Shown here: positions 1 through 14,566 of the stretch, in pieces
How positions within the stretch are numbered: position 1 is the stretch's first letter
Layout of the letters: every line of letters begins with the position of its first letter
NCBI RefSeq assembly: GCF_009914755.1
Contig: NC_060927.1
From: the human T2T-CHM13v2.0 reference genome, Homo sapiens
DNA: 64,000 bases
Reading direction: 5' to 3' (one strand)
The notes under the pieces: generated by a model
What the model was told of the DNA's origin: nothing
The model's input: the letters and a program-made list of their open reading frames with translations, nothing else
Database searches by the model: none
Translations under genes and position numbers: made by a program

Positions 1-717
1 AAACGTGGAAGTGTTTTACATCACCAGGGAACATCCTGAATGTACAAATGAAGACATTTTCATTAAACAGGTGATGTTAATAATTTATTTTTATCACTAG
101 CACTGTGACTACTTATGAATTATAAATGAAAATTTACATTTAGATTTAGCATACATACTCAAGCGTGTCCTGATTGTTTTCACAAATGTTAGTGGGTGAG
201 GTAATGGCACTTTATGTTTCCACACTGATAGGGCTACCTTTAAAGTGTCTCTAGAAGTGTTAACTTGCAGCCTCTCACCTTCCTTTTCTCTAAGGTTCTG
301 TTTAAAATATGTCCCCTTCTGCCTGTGCTATAACTCTAGGACATAAAAGAAGTAGTTAGGAACAGATGATTTTTGATGTGTTGTGTTTCCATGAACACTA
401 ATGCAATTAGTACATCCCTGAGAGGGTCTTTGTATTTATCTATTATATTTTGAATGAATCAAGACACAGTCTTTTCTAACACATTAGGGAATCTATTAGT
501 TCACCTAGTTTGCTGACAGATGTTTCCTTTAGGATGGAAGAAGAACCGATACAGCTAGTTCAATTTAGAAAAAGTTATGTCCTGGGTGAATTCATGACTT
601 TCTATTTTCTCTCCCATTTTTACAATAACCCTTCCTAGAGAAAGCATCACCTTTATTGTTTGATCTCCCCTTCTGTGATGTATATTGCTCACTGAAATAT
701 TCAGTATAAATGAATAA

Positions 718-748
718 GTGATGAATGAATGAATGAATGAATGAATGA
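718..748 (+). repeat. (GAAT)n microsatellite, probably an L2 3' tail remnant
   Basis: atgaatgaatgaatgaatgaatgaatgaa. Confidence 0.7.
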
Positions 749-1655
749 AATCCTTTGAAGAAATAATGCCATTTTAGCACAACATAAATGTCCCTAAGGG
801 CAGAATGAGATGACGGTGAGGCAACCTTTTCTTCCAAAACTTCGAGTATTTAAAATGCTACATGTGGATGTTGCCTTGTTTTTGTTTGCATAGTCTTGAA
901 AAGAAAGACCTAAAGATGGCAGGCTTCATATTTTAACTGTTTTCCACTAAATGCTTTTGTTATATTTGTCGTATTACTTAAAATTTTGTAGCTGGAAAGT
1001 TGAACACATCAAAACCTGGCTTTTAGAAAATGATTAATAAATCAAAAAGGTGAAGTCACTTTGTGTCTAGTCATTAAAATATATACACATGTACATAAAA
1101 CGCATCTCTTTATATATCAGCATTATAATTTATATGTTGACATTCCATATTAGCATTATAGAACAACCGACCAGGTTTTTTGGGACTCATATCTTTCCAA
1201 CTAAGTTCACGTGAGAGTATTTTTTATCGTTGAACCTGTATCTAAAAGTATAGTGTGTGGAGTGCTGTACAGACATAGGGATACTTCAGATGAAAATACT
1301 GATGAATTTCAGTCATTGAGGCAATTGGGAACTTCAGTAAGATTTTAATTTGAGAGTAATGTGTTCCCTCTGTCACCGAGGCTAGACACTACCTGTTGAG
1401 ATTATTTGAGATTCCTGTTCTCAGATATATCAAAGACTTGAAGCGGGGTAGGGTAGGGGAGAGGTGCTCCTAGTAATCACTATGGCAGGGTTGGGCTTTA
1501 CTGTATGTTTCCTTTACTCAATAAACTCCAGATGAGAATAACTAACAGAAAAAGTAACTTTTTTGCATTTAAATGTTGATATATACAACAAAATATGCTA
1601 TTTTTTTATATAGGAGGAATGGTTCAAATATACACTACTATTTCTGTCTTTTTCC

Positions 1656-1962
<307 letters not shown>

Positions 1963-3164
1963 TACATACTACATACATACTATTTCTTATGGCATCCTAA
2001 TGGGACTTAAAATTACTGTTCTTTGCTGAGGTAAGGAAATATTGGGAAAAAAAGAAAAAAAAAGGAAAAACACAAAGGAGATATTAATAGTTTAAAACAG
2101 TTTGAAAACCTTGGGCACATTTTATTATCTTATAGTTTTATTTAGAAAGACTTATTGTCTTTCCATAGTTTATTTTTAACTGTATCATAAAGTATATAAA
2201 TTCTGTATTTTCTCCTGTATTGATGGTTATTGTCCATTTTAGTGTGTTATCTTATGGTTTCTGCTTTGTTCTATGAAGACTCTTTAACTTTTTAGGGATT
2301 TAATTAGACTGGCTTTTAAATTATAGCACCTAATTCAAATATTTAAAACTTCTTTGGGGAAGGAACATATTTTAGCATACGTGGTACTAAAGCATTTAAC
2401 AACAGTTTATGTTTTTTTCTTTTTTCTTAAAGTTTGTGTTTTTAAGCGATATTCTAAAATGTAAATAAAATAAGTAAAATGAGAGGAAAATAAATTTTTT
2501 TCTGTTATTCTCATAATGAGTAAATTTTTCTCTCATTTTAAGCTATGTCTCACCAACCACCTATAAATTATTTCAAACTCAAATTATATGGAATCTTTAC
2601 AAATGATTGCCTTAAAACTTGAATAAAACTGTTCAAATAAGTATTAGTTATAATTTCTAATAGAAATAATGTAGCACTTTGCATTACAAATAACTAAAGC
2701 ATAACACACAGATAAATCTATATGAACTTTAATAATTTGCCCTAATTAAAGCTATAAGCTTGGCCTTACAGACAATTTTGAGTTTTCGTGTGTTTTTTTA
2801 AAAAATAAGTCAAAATTATAGGTTTTCAGTTTTGCCTTATGGATATAAGCAAACTGATACTGATTAGTGCAGATTTTGTTAAAGCTGCAGAAGCTAAAGT
2901 TTTTAAGGAAGGGATTAGATAAAGGGAACCTTCAGAGATGATACTGAAACAGCTCACTTCAACAAACTGGTACTCCTTACTGATAAATGTGCTGTCTCCT
3001 GAGCTAAGTCTTAGGCAAAAAAACACAATGATGACATACAGCACGTGTGAAATAGATATTCTTGCCTTTTGAAAAATAGAGTGCAAAAACTTTCAATTAT
3101 GTTTTGAAAGCCTTGAGTACTGTGGATAATGATAGTTTCCTGTGCATCTATACAAGCTTTTAAA

Positions 3165-3290
3165 ATCTCAGATTCCTCATCTGTAAAACAGAAATCATTA
3201 CACAAAGCTTGTGGTGAGAATGAAATAAAATAATCTTGGTAAAGCACTGGTGTCTAAAAGTTCAATGAATTATAGCCGTATTAATAATTT
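3165..3290 (+). mobile_element. MIR remnant
   Basis: MIR core-like text: ctcagattcctcatctgtaaaacag...ttgtggtgagaatgaaataaaataatcttggtaaagcact. Confidence 0.6.
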
Positions 3291-4299
3291 CTGTTGTTAT
3301 TATTGGATATTATTATAGTATCATTGAAAGTGAATTAAACATATACATATACCAGGGTACTGTGCTGGACGTCAGAAATAAGTTAAATATTCCAGAAGAA
3401 ACAAGATCTTTATAAATAATCAGAATTCTAGGACAATAATGGATAAACGACTTCTGAGTTATTGTATACAAGTGACCGGCAAGCCTTGTCAATTCTAGCT
3501 TCAGTTAAAGTGGGTGATTGCTGGGGTGCGTCTTGGCACTGAGGCATAAAAGGTTAGAGGAGAAAAAATCAGCTGGGACTGTGGTAAAATGGAAGCTGGG
3601 ACCTTGGTCCGTCGTCAACTGGACTCTCCAGTCTTGTAGTCTTGTCCAGATTTTCAAGGGTTTTGTTTTTCAGAGTAGCATGCAGTCCTCTTGACTATTC
3701 ATATATACACACAGGTATGTTCTTATCCATCAAGGTCTGCTCTTTGCTGTAACAGAGGTGTGGAATAGATAGGAGTCTTGGAGTGTACTGGTGGCTCAGC
3801 TGCATAGAGAATCATTCCTGGGTATTCTAGAATCTCTGCCAGTTTCAGTCTCTGCTTTCTCCTTGAGGCCAGGATTGTGAAAGTGGGCTTTTAACCAATA
3901 CTTTCACAATTTAAAGTCACCTTTTGTGAGCCTCCTTGGCACTCAAGTCTGCCCCCCAGCACACTGGCATCTAGTACACACACACAGTAACTTTGTTTCA
4001 GTAATTAATCACATTATTGATATCAGTGAGGTCACTGTTTTCACACAAGAGCCAATTAAAAGTAATTTATTGACTACATTTTATTTCCACTCATATGTAT
4101 ACACCTCAATGCAGCACCTTAAATAATTATATTATTACAACTTACTTTGCCTTTGCTATTGAAAAGGAAAATATCATTGAGAAAATACTGCTTTTTAGCT
4201 ACTGAGCCGTTTATAAACGTCCAGTTTAAAAACATATTTGAAAACTTACAATGTAAACAAAACACTCCTAGCTTATATGTTTTAGTTGACACATGTTTT

Positions 4300-4700
4300 C
4301 CTGGGATACTTTGTCCCAAACACCTGTCTAAGTATGCTACATATGTGAATTCATTTTCTTCTCATAACAGGGGGTAGGAGATATTATCATCACCATTTTA
4401 CACCAAGGTTCGGGAGTTAGCAATTTGCCCACAGTTACACAACCCCTGAGACTGGTTCTCAAATTTCAGTCCAGAGTTCATGTTCTTCAGTGGCCCTGCC
4501 ATACTGTCTTACATTGATATGGTGCTTTGGCATTCAAAAAGTGCGGTTTGCATGTCTGATCTCATTTCATCCTTAACATAGTATGTGGCAGCAGATAGAA
4601 TTTTCAATCCACTTTACAGATGAAACAACTGAGGCTCAGAGAGACAAAGTGTTCTAGTAGCAAATGTAAAACAGAGTTGGGCCCAAAGGTATTTTGTTTT
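4300..4700 (-). mobile_element. MIR remnants (two fragments)
   Basis: attatcatcaccattttaca...ttgcccacagttacaca and ccactttacagatgaaacaactgaggctcagaga. Confidence 0.55.
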
Positions 4701-4920
4701 ATTCATTGACTGGTGTGTGTCACTGGCTGTCTTAGGGCTGAAATAGAAATGGATCAGGGCCTCCCACACCCCGCAACTCACCAGTGCTACCAGTTTCCCA
4801 CAGCCCTTTGATTTCTGCAGCTGGGTTTCTCTAGTTAGTTTGAACACTCAGTGACCTGGCCACTTGTCTTTCATATCTTACTCTTGCCAGAATTGTAGAA
4901 ATAGGTTCTATACTTAATTA

Positions 4921-5232
<312 letters not shown>

Positions 5233-5749
5233 TATATTTAATTATTTAATTCAACTATTAATACTTTGTGTTATACTTTATGAAGGAACTTTGATGTTTC
5301 TGTTTCATAATGTTAATGAGACTGACGTTACAGGTATCCTTCATTCCAAGATAGACTACGTTCCAGATTTAATGATTTTCTTGGCTAGCCTTCCGGGTTT
5401 TTCCTAACAACAAAGGTCTTCCTGAGGCCAATTCATCATGTGGCTACATTGAATAAGTGAATATTTCTATTTGATGGTGACTTCGAATTTGAAAAAAACC
5501 CCACAAAACTTTTAAGTATAATCAAGATCTACTATGTAAGAAGTATGGCCGTAAGTTAATGAAAGCAACCTCGTAAGTCTCATGTGAAAGTAGTTTACCA
5601 TAGTGTTTGCCTTCATATGTTCTTAGTCCCTTCTTTATTAATTTATTTTTGTTAATTACTGTGTCCTCATAATGATGTTCATTCCACAGGTAGTGCCGTC
5701 CAGTTTGCTTATAGGGGAATGTTGAATCTGTGACCTTAATTATGGATCA

Positions 5750-6560
5750 CAGTGGAACTTCTGTGAAAGTGAATGTCAGTGCTAGCCAGGGGCTGTGTTG
5801 TTTATATCACGTAGGCTCAAGTGAATAAATTAGCACATAGTTCTGAAATTCAGAAGCTGATTTTAAGAACATATTGATGAACCAAAGTTGTGTCTCAATA
5901 TGACTTTGTGGTTATTAGGCAAACTCTTTTAATTCCATAGAGGACAGAGGGTAGCTTTTTCCACCATACAGTGTTAAATAATATTCTCGCTCCGTGTTTG
6001 TGAACTGAAACAAAAGATAGATTGAATTGTAAAGCTCTCTTGACAAATGAGCACGTTTTACTTTCTTCCTGTATTTTTCTTCTCTTGGCTTTTGTGTCCT
6101 GTGCTTTTTCCCAAGCAGTGTTATGCAAATGAACCAATTAATGGTAGATAAAATGGTCTTCCTACCTCGCTGTGTCTGTAACTAGAAGGACAACACCGTA
6201 AGTCACGTACCTATTCAGCGGGTTCTATAGGCCACTGTGAGGGTCTGATTAGCTTGACTGTGGAAGACAATCGCAGAGGCATCTGCTTGGTTAATTTTGA
6301 GAGCAAATTTACCAGATGGAGGCTGAAGATTTAAGTGATTAGAAGGTAGTAGATTGGAATACAAATTGGATTAAAAGAAATTAGATTGATATAAATCGAA
6401 TTGAGTCACAACAGTTTGTGTTGTTCGTACCAAGGGCCAGCAGATTATGGGAGAAGCAGATGCTCCAATGAGATAGGAATTGATGTGGCTTTGACAGTCC
6501 ATCTGCGAAGGTCTGAATATCGAGTACATCCCTAATCTCCCTCTCCATTTATCAATGCCA
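5750..6560. promoter_or_regulatory. Candidate intronic cis-regulatory element
   Basis: No recognisable repeat; octamer ATGCAAAT (6123-6130) next to CCAATTAA; SOX-like AACAAAAG near 6009; scattered retained CpGs. Confidence 0.25.
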
Positions 6561-9500
6561 TAATGTTAATTAGTACTTCATTCATTAAGTTACTTACAGG
6601 AGAAAAAAATCTCACCCCTATCCCCTCTCTGCTCGAGAATTTGTTATTTTGCCAAGAACTGGAAAGCTCTCTTCAGCTGAGCTAGCTACAGTTGACGGTA
6701 AGGGTAGACCTGTGTCCTTTTCCTGATGCATACAACTGCCTGTGGTATGAATGCAGAAAGCTTGAAAACATTTGCTCGTGTGTTTCTCTTCATAAATATA
6801 TAGTTATTTGGAAGCTTACATTATTGCTTAAGCATTATTCCACTAAAAAGGAGTGGATATATTAATCGGATTACATAATTATGTATATTTTACATTATGG
6901 TTTTTATAAGGTATTCGCCGGAGTTGCCTGTTTTGTTTAATGGCTCAAGTATTTGACATTAATATTGAGTGGTATTTTTCCTCCTTGAGGGGAAAGATGA
7001 GAAAAATTTTGTTCTCATGATTCTGTGTGTTTATACTCACGTGCATGTTTGTTGTGTGTTTGACATCTATGGGCTAGTTTATTAGATTATGGAAAATTAC
7101 AGGTTACTGACACTATCAAGTATTTTGATATCCAGTGTTTGCCTCTGATTGTTATAGAAAAAAAGTTAAATGAAATAAAATGAATATAAACACATCACTG
7201 TAAATGCTTGTACTTATATTGGGAATTTGATTCTTTACAATCCAAGGGGCATTGACACAAGAGTCTCATTATTACGCCATTGGCCACAGCAGTGAAATTC
7301 AGCAGAAGGCAATTCTGTCTTGGATGCCATCCAAAGGAACTGAGCCAGTGGAGATCCAAAGGTGATCTCACCTCTGAGGCAGCTTGAGAGTGTGCACTCT
7401 AAGGATAGCCATGAAGAAATGCCCCTGTGTATTCATAACCATCAGGCAAATACAACTTCTGGAGACTAACGTGATGAGCTGGGCAAAAATGGAACATCAA
7501 ATCCTGTGATGCAAGAAGCATATCATTAAAGGTTGTGCCAAGTCATTCAGAAATAATCATGATACAGGCAAGTGTGGGCTGCCTGCCAGTGTGTGAGCAC
7601 GAAGAATTTCTATTTTTGTTATGTTGAAGGGAGGCAGTGGCTTGTGCAAAAGTGTGTTAAGTATTGTAACATTCTTAGTTTACTGAAGAAAATTCTATGA
7701 GCAATGAGCTCTTCAGGCAATGTGCTTAATGTAGAAGTGCTATATAGCTATAAATGGAGATGTAGACACAGATACATATGGCTGTTCCTTATTCAGGCTG
7801 ACCTGGAATTCTCCTGCATCCTCCCCAAACTCCAATGCTTGGGTGGTTTTGGTAATCACTCTTAATATTGGCTAAAGAATCCAATACTTTAAAATTCCCC
7901 ATACCTTCACTTCAGAAGGAGAAATACCCTGCCCTCCAGGAACCAGGACTGAAACTGAGGTCTGTGAGAATCCAGATTCTATGCACACCAACTGCATAGG
8001 CCCTATGTTTAAAAACAATGCAGAGCCGGTATTTCTAATTGTATACTAATTGATATAACTTGGTCATAATAAGAGACTGTTTTAAGCTGTATTCCAACAA
8101 AATTTAAAAAGGAGAGGGAAAAACACTAACAGATTAGCCTGCAAAGTATAAAGCATAGAGCAGAATCACTTCTTGTAGTAAAGAAAAATTGCTAACATTT
8201 GTTATTGCTATTGTGATAGTGATTAAGTGCCATCTAAAAATAATTTAGTATTCAGAGGTCACTCCTTGTTCCTGTTTTGACACTTCAGTTTTCAGCCTAA
8301 TTGTCAGTTGTCTAATTGGTGGTGGTTGTCTTCATTAAGAAACATCAGTACATCAAGGTAGTGCTCACTGAGCCTGGCAAAGTCATGGATTATGCTCTTA
8401 GCCCTGCCTGTGTTTCTGTGACTGATCATTGGGTATTTCATATCTTTTTTAGCCCCTGTGAGGATAACTAAAGAAATTAGTTGGTTGTAAACTAATGATA
8501 ACAGGGATACAACCTCCCCATTTCCTGATTGTTGATGAACTTTAGACTGTTGATATATTTCTCCTGTGAAACATATCAAAAGATATATTAATTAACAGAT
8601 ATATATATATATGTATATATTTACACTCATATATACAATTTCTTTCAGTGTTTGGTACATTTGATTCAAATGCTACATAGTAACATTCTATATATATATA
8701 TATACACACACAATAGTGTATTGTATGTACACTCTAGTATGTACAAATGTACTTGTGATGAGTGAATGTGTATTTATGCTACTACACTTAAAACATTTTT
8801 TTTTTTGGCTAATCTCACAAGGAATGTCCAGAGATTAAATTGAGGCCCCTATTTAATAGGAGATTCTTTAAAAAATATATACAGTATTTAAATGTACTCA
8901 CACCAAATGGAAAAAAAATCAGCCAGATTATATCAGTGCCTCCATCATCATTTCGGGATTCATATCTGAGGCAGTTGGCCCATGGACCTGATTTCAATAT
9001 GGGCAGTTTAGATACATATGTCAGGCACAAGCTACCTCGATGAAATAGAGAACTCTGCATCTCATTTCTCCCCCTGCAGTCAGCGTATTTTTTCAAATTT
9101 TCAGTGAACTAAAAAAATGAGAAACACAGCCAAGTTCTAATATAGTAAGTGATGTTCTGGCACCTTTGACCATAAATCAGTGTCACAAAGACCTCATGGC
9201 AGCCTGAGTAAATTCTGTCCAAATAAACGCTGAGCCCCAGCGTGGAGGTTCAGAGTTTTGTACTTCATCGTAACACTCATGAGGCAACTTGTATGATTCT
9301 GGATGCGTAAGATGAACTTAGGAAAGTCCCAATTTGTAAGTCAATTTGATGAATAAGTAGATTTATTCTGGCCAAGGGAGTATAAAAATTTAGAAAACCC
9401 CATAAAAGTTTGAGATTTGCCTGGGCAACCTACTTTGTGTTTGTTTAAAGAAAAGCAATCACTAACTGTTCCAAAATCCGTTTGCATTTTTTCTAGGAAT

Positions 9501-9649
9501 GGAGTGATGAGGAAAGGGAAAGAACATACCTGGAAGAGAGAAACGATGAGGCATTTAGGATAATGATAGTGTGAAATTATGTCGAGAGACACAGATGGTG
9601 ACTGTGGAAATGAGAGGCAGTCAGTTCCAGACACAAACCTGGAGAAAGA

Positions 9650-10030
9650 AGGAAGAATCCACAGAAATGTATGCCTAAGCGGTTATGATAGAAATGGAAG
9701 AGTTAAACCCCACAACCGGGATTCTGAGCATTAGGGACCTGGAGAAAGATGGAGTTGATGTCAGGAAGGAGAGATGATGAAATATGGGACGAGGAGAGAG
9801 GTGAGGGTTTCATTCTTAGATAGATGAACCTTGAGTTGATGACTGAGCATTCAGGTGGTCACCCGAACAAAGCCTAGAACTTTCCTTAGCTGGAGATACT
9901 AAACCCACATTTGGCTGTTGTTGTCATAGAGATAATACCTGAACACCATGAGAGGGAATGAGTTCTCTGTGGAATGAGTGAATTATCTTCATTGAAGGGA
10001 AGAGTAGACATCTAAGGCATACATACCTTG
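9650..10030 (+). mobile_element. Degenerate L2 fragment
   Basis: Purine-rich L2-like text (gagttgatgactgagcattcaggtgg...gtcatagagataatacctgaacaccatgagagggaatgag). Confidence 0.4.
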
Positions 10031-12249
10031 GGAGCTGTTAACTATTGGGTCAGAAATTATTAGACAATTCACACTTCTAGTTCACTAGTTTACATAAAAC
10101 TCAAATATTTTTTTCTGTTATTTATAATGGAAATTCGTAACAAAAGTAACCAGTAATAATGTTCTTTTAAAAAAAATTTCAACAGCAGTGAGCGCATCAC
10201 TAAAACACTAAAATTCAGTTATTATTGCCTCATTTGAAAGTGGGGAAAATTACGTGGAATATTAGGCAAACATCATTAAACTCTTAACATTTGTATACTT
10301 TTCATTTTCTTCCAGATTTTCAGTTGCTGGTTGTTTATAAGATCCAACTTATCAGAGTTTGATATATTGAATATTTTATGGTAAAGGCAACTTCCTACAT
10401 TTTAGAAATACCACCCTGTTCGAAGCTATCATTATTCTGTGTTTCACAAAACTTATCACTTTACATTTTTATACCTCTGCCTGCCAGCATTTTTCTTTCC
10501 TTTTAGCATAATCCAGAATAATTCTGTGTTCCACTCTTGTGCTTTGTGACAAGAAAGCATTGCATTTCGAGAGTGGCTGGATGGAGGTTAATTCCATGTC
10601 CACATGGTAATAACCTGGGGAAACCTGGGGATGATCAGTTTCATTTGATCCCTCCTCTGATTAAGGCTTCAAAGTAAATGGGCTGAGTGGAAAACAACAT
10701 TATTCCGTAACTTTTCTCTAAGCTGCAGATGTTTTTTGACAGACTCAAGGAATTGAGACTCATATATTTTAGTGAAACATAATTCAAGCAGAAAAAGATC
10801 ATTTGAAAACGTTTATTGCACTCACATTTGCTGCTCTTCTCCATTCAGCAGAAAAATAAGCTCTTTTTTCTCTGTGCACACAGAATCTTTTAACTGAAAA
10901 CTACACTCAGTATTTGTGTTGCAGCAGTGATGTTATCTGCTGGTCATTTTGCTCTGAAACAGAAGACATCTCCTGAAAGGAAATTTAAAGTTTTATTAAA
11001 TGGGTCACTAAAAAGCCATCAATAGATATCATAAATAGACACAAATGAAGAGAAAGTAGATCCCCAAATGAAAAGTATCCTGATCATTAAAGTAACTTAT
11101 ATTCTTTATCTACTAAAATAACTCAAGTTTGCAATCTAAATGTAACCACTTTGCATAGCCTTACTACAGTTGTCACATCAAAACTGTTATGATTGGCCAA
11201 ATAAAACTGGAGAAAATGTTTTTATTAAAGACGTAAATTTATACTTATTTATTATTTTAATGCATTGCATAAAGTGAAGGCAAAATACAACTCCAAAATT
11301 TTCTATAAGATTCTATAATTTTGTAAACAGAGCTTATTCCAAATTTTAGAGCTATTTGCAACTGATAAAACATAGCCTCTTTTTCAAGCTATTTTATGTC
11401 ACAAATCTTATCTAAGGTGTTTTTGGTGGAGTAAACACTTAACAATTTAGGTGTATATCCTCCAAATACCCCTGAAGAAATATGATGCTGTCACTTCTGT
11501 TCAGTTTGGCCAACTGTGAAAATCCATTCATTGTCAGTATGGTACAAAGACAAAGCCATAAGCCCGAGTTGTATTTGGATACCTTTATAAGCCTCCTTTG
11601 TTTCCAAGATACAAACTTCAGGAAAGATCTCCAAAAGCCATTGTACAATATTAAATAAGCCAACTCGATTATGGCCATTTCCACCATCCAAGAGGAAATC
11701 TTTCTTTTCATCTTTGGGATCAGTATACTCATTTTTGACTTGGGCCTTTTATTTAAAGATACACAATTTCATAAAGGTGTCATTTAGAAATTTCTAGGAA
11801 AAGTTATTGCTTTAAAAGGATGAGAATGATTTTGTTTTGACCATCTCTTGAAACTACTGGTAAAAGTGCATTTCAGATAATATTCCCATTCCTGTCATCT
11901 CATAAGTCATGTTATTGTGCCCTCAATAAAGTTTATTTAATATCCCTTAGTTATCTCTAAACTTATAATGGAAAAGCAACCAAAAAAATAAATAGATGCT
12001 TCCTATGCATTAATCATGGAGTCATTCCAAGATTTTTATAATGAAAAATAAACAGCGTTGGTATATATTTCAGTAAAATAGTTTAGAGGGACACAGAGTT
12101 ATTAGGCATCAACATTTGCTTTAAAAAGGCCGTTATCTTATAGATCGTGGTTCATTGTTTTTAGGGGGGTTACAGACTCCTTTGAGTTTAGAGACAGAGG
12201 TTATACTAATAAAAGAGTTATACATTATAATAATGCTTATACTAGTAGG

Positions 12250-12400
12250 GAACATTTATTGAGTGCTTGCTGTGTACTCAGCACATGGAAAAATCTCATT
12301 CAATCTTCTCAGCAATGTTATTCGACTGATACTGCTATGTTTTATACATAGGGAAGCAAGATGCAGAGAAGGTAAGAAATTTGCCTGAGTTCACACTTCT
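12250..12400 (-). mobile_element. MIR remnant
   Basis: aacatttattgagtgcttgctgtgt...tctcattcaatcttctcagcaa...agagaaggtaagaaatttgcctgagttcacac. Confidence 0.6.
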
Positions 12401-13656
12401 TTTCGGCATTTGAAAAAGAAATTTCAAGTCAGTCCTACTGACAGATGATTTCTATTAACTACCAAAAATATACTTTATCATTTCTTAAAAACGAACATGC
12501 ACATATCTGCACAAAATTTTGCATCCGGTGCCTGCAGTACCATCCCTTACCTCCATTCCACATAAACCAATCCATGATTTATGAATCACATTTTTACAAA
12601 TAATGGAGTAATGCAATGATATTTGCACCTTAGGCCAAATTCTGTAGTAAATGAATGTTGATTAGAAATGAACAAGGCTAAAATCAGTCATTGTGTGCAT
12701 CCCTTGGACATGATGCAACTAACGCGTTTGGCTCATGAAGGCTATAATTTTTCTGGTCGTGATTTAGCCATTATTCCTTTAAGAAACTATTGGATTGTAA
12801 TCTTATTTTCCATCTGTCTTTTAAAAATCCTTTCTATACTTATATACCAAAATAAGTTTGTCTGAAATTTCAGGTAGGATCATTGAATCTCAATTTAACT
12901 TTATTATGAAATATTTTGGGGTACAGGAAAATTTATCAAGAGTTTCTGACAAATGTATTAACTAAGTATTTAACAAAGCTTAGCACACACATGCATAAAA
13001 TATCATTGCTGGTGGGAATGGTGTTTTTTAGACATTGACACTGGGTCTTTTGGCATCTTCAGTTACTAAGATTAATGCTACTGCTACAGAATTTTCAGAA
13101 TATAGAAACAGAAGGAAATATAATAGAAAGTCAAAATGATATCACTCCATTCAGAGTTTATTTAAGTAAAATCCCCTTTTCTGGAGACACACTCATAGTC
13201 TTCATTAAATAAATGTCAATGGTTTTTAGAAAATTAAACATTATTAGACAATTTAATGATTTTTGAGATTGTTTCATTGCATCACCTTTTGTAAAGCCAA
13301 ATGCAATTTCAAACCACATGAAAATATTATAAATATGATAATAACAAGCCAGATTTTAAAGCTGTCTTCCTGGAATAGGGATTGTTTTTGTCATTGAAAG
13401 GTAAATCTGCATAAGCCATGAAAACCTCTGATTGGGCAGTAAATCACACTTTAAAGAATACCTTCAACCATGTAAGATGTAGCAAATTGATTTGAAATAG
13501 TATTGGATGAATATCCAGGTTAATACATTGGCTCCTCACTGAATTGTTGGAAATGAATTTATAAAGTAGAAGAGTAATTTGTTATTAAGAGGAAAATCCC
13601 CCCTAACAGTTTTCTAGAAACCTTCAGATTAGGAGTTTCAAAATTTATCTTCAATA

Positions 13657-13905
13657 TTATATATACATGTGTGTGTATATACAGATATACACACATATAT
13701 ACATGTACACATATATACATATATGTGTGTGTACATATACATATGTGTGTATACATGTATATATACATATATGTATGTATTCATCATGGAGTCATAGGAA
13801 TGTTGTATATATATACACACACACATATATATAGATGCACACATATATAAAGACACACACACATACATAAGAATATATATATTTCTATTGTATATTCATA
13901 TATAT
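13657..13905. repeat. (TA/CA/TG)n compound microsatellite
   Basis: Alternating purine-pyrimidine tract; source of the spurious Y/I/H/C/M-rich ORFs. Confidence 0.9.
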
Positions 13906-14379
13906 ATTCTTAGTTGTCCACCTGTGGTTCGATTGCCTTCAGCTTCTGACTCTAACTTACACAAACCAAGCCTGCACTCCCTACGGGTGCTGAGGCTCTA
14001 CCTGTCACTGGGGCCCACTTGCTCAGACAGTCAGTGGCTCAATTTTGATGTGGGCAGCCAGGAAATTGAATAGCATTTTAAAAATGTGATTAAGACTTAG
14101 CTGATAAAGGCACTGAATAACATGCGGTAGTGGAGGAAAAAACAGGGGAAAAAGTGTTCTAATTTTCATATTTTTAGCAATTTCTGTTAATGGTAGATAA
14201 GTAAAGACCTGAGATACAATTGTGAAATTCAGGTTGAAAGTTTTATGAATCTTTATTACTTACCTTCACCTGAAAGATCAACTCATTCACCCTAATTAAG
14301 GAAGGAAATTTTAAAGATCTTTGCTGAATGCTGAAGGTTTTATTTTACATAATTAATTACATATCTATTTATTTGTTAC

Positions 14380-14566
14380 ATTTTATTTTATTTTAAGTTC
14401 TGGGATACATATGCAGGATGTACAGGTTTGTTACGTAGGTAAATGTGTGCCATGATGATTTGCTGCACCTGTCAATCCATCACTTAGGTATTAACCCCGT
14501 AAGCATTAGCTATTTATTCTGATGCTATCACTCCCCACGCTGCCCCTGAGAGACCCCAGTGTGTGG
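14380..14566 (-). mobile_element. L1PA-type 3' end fragment (5'-truncated L1)
   Basis: ttttaagttctgggatacatatgcaggatgtacaggtttgttacgtaggtaaatgtgtgccatg...ccccagtgtgtg, flanked by acatat(c/t)tattt repeats. Confidence 0.85.

Noticed and set aside
1444-1496. G-quadruplex-like G runs
   Set aside because: Only three closely spaced G3+ runs, with the fourth distant, and no context suggesting function.
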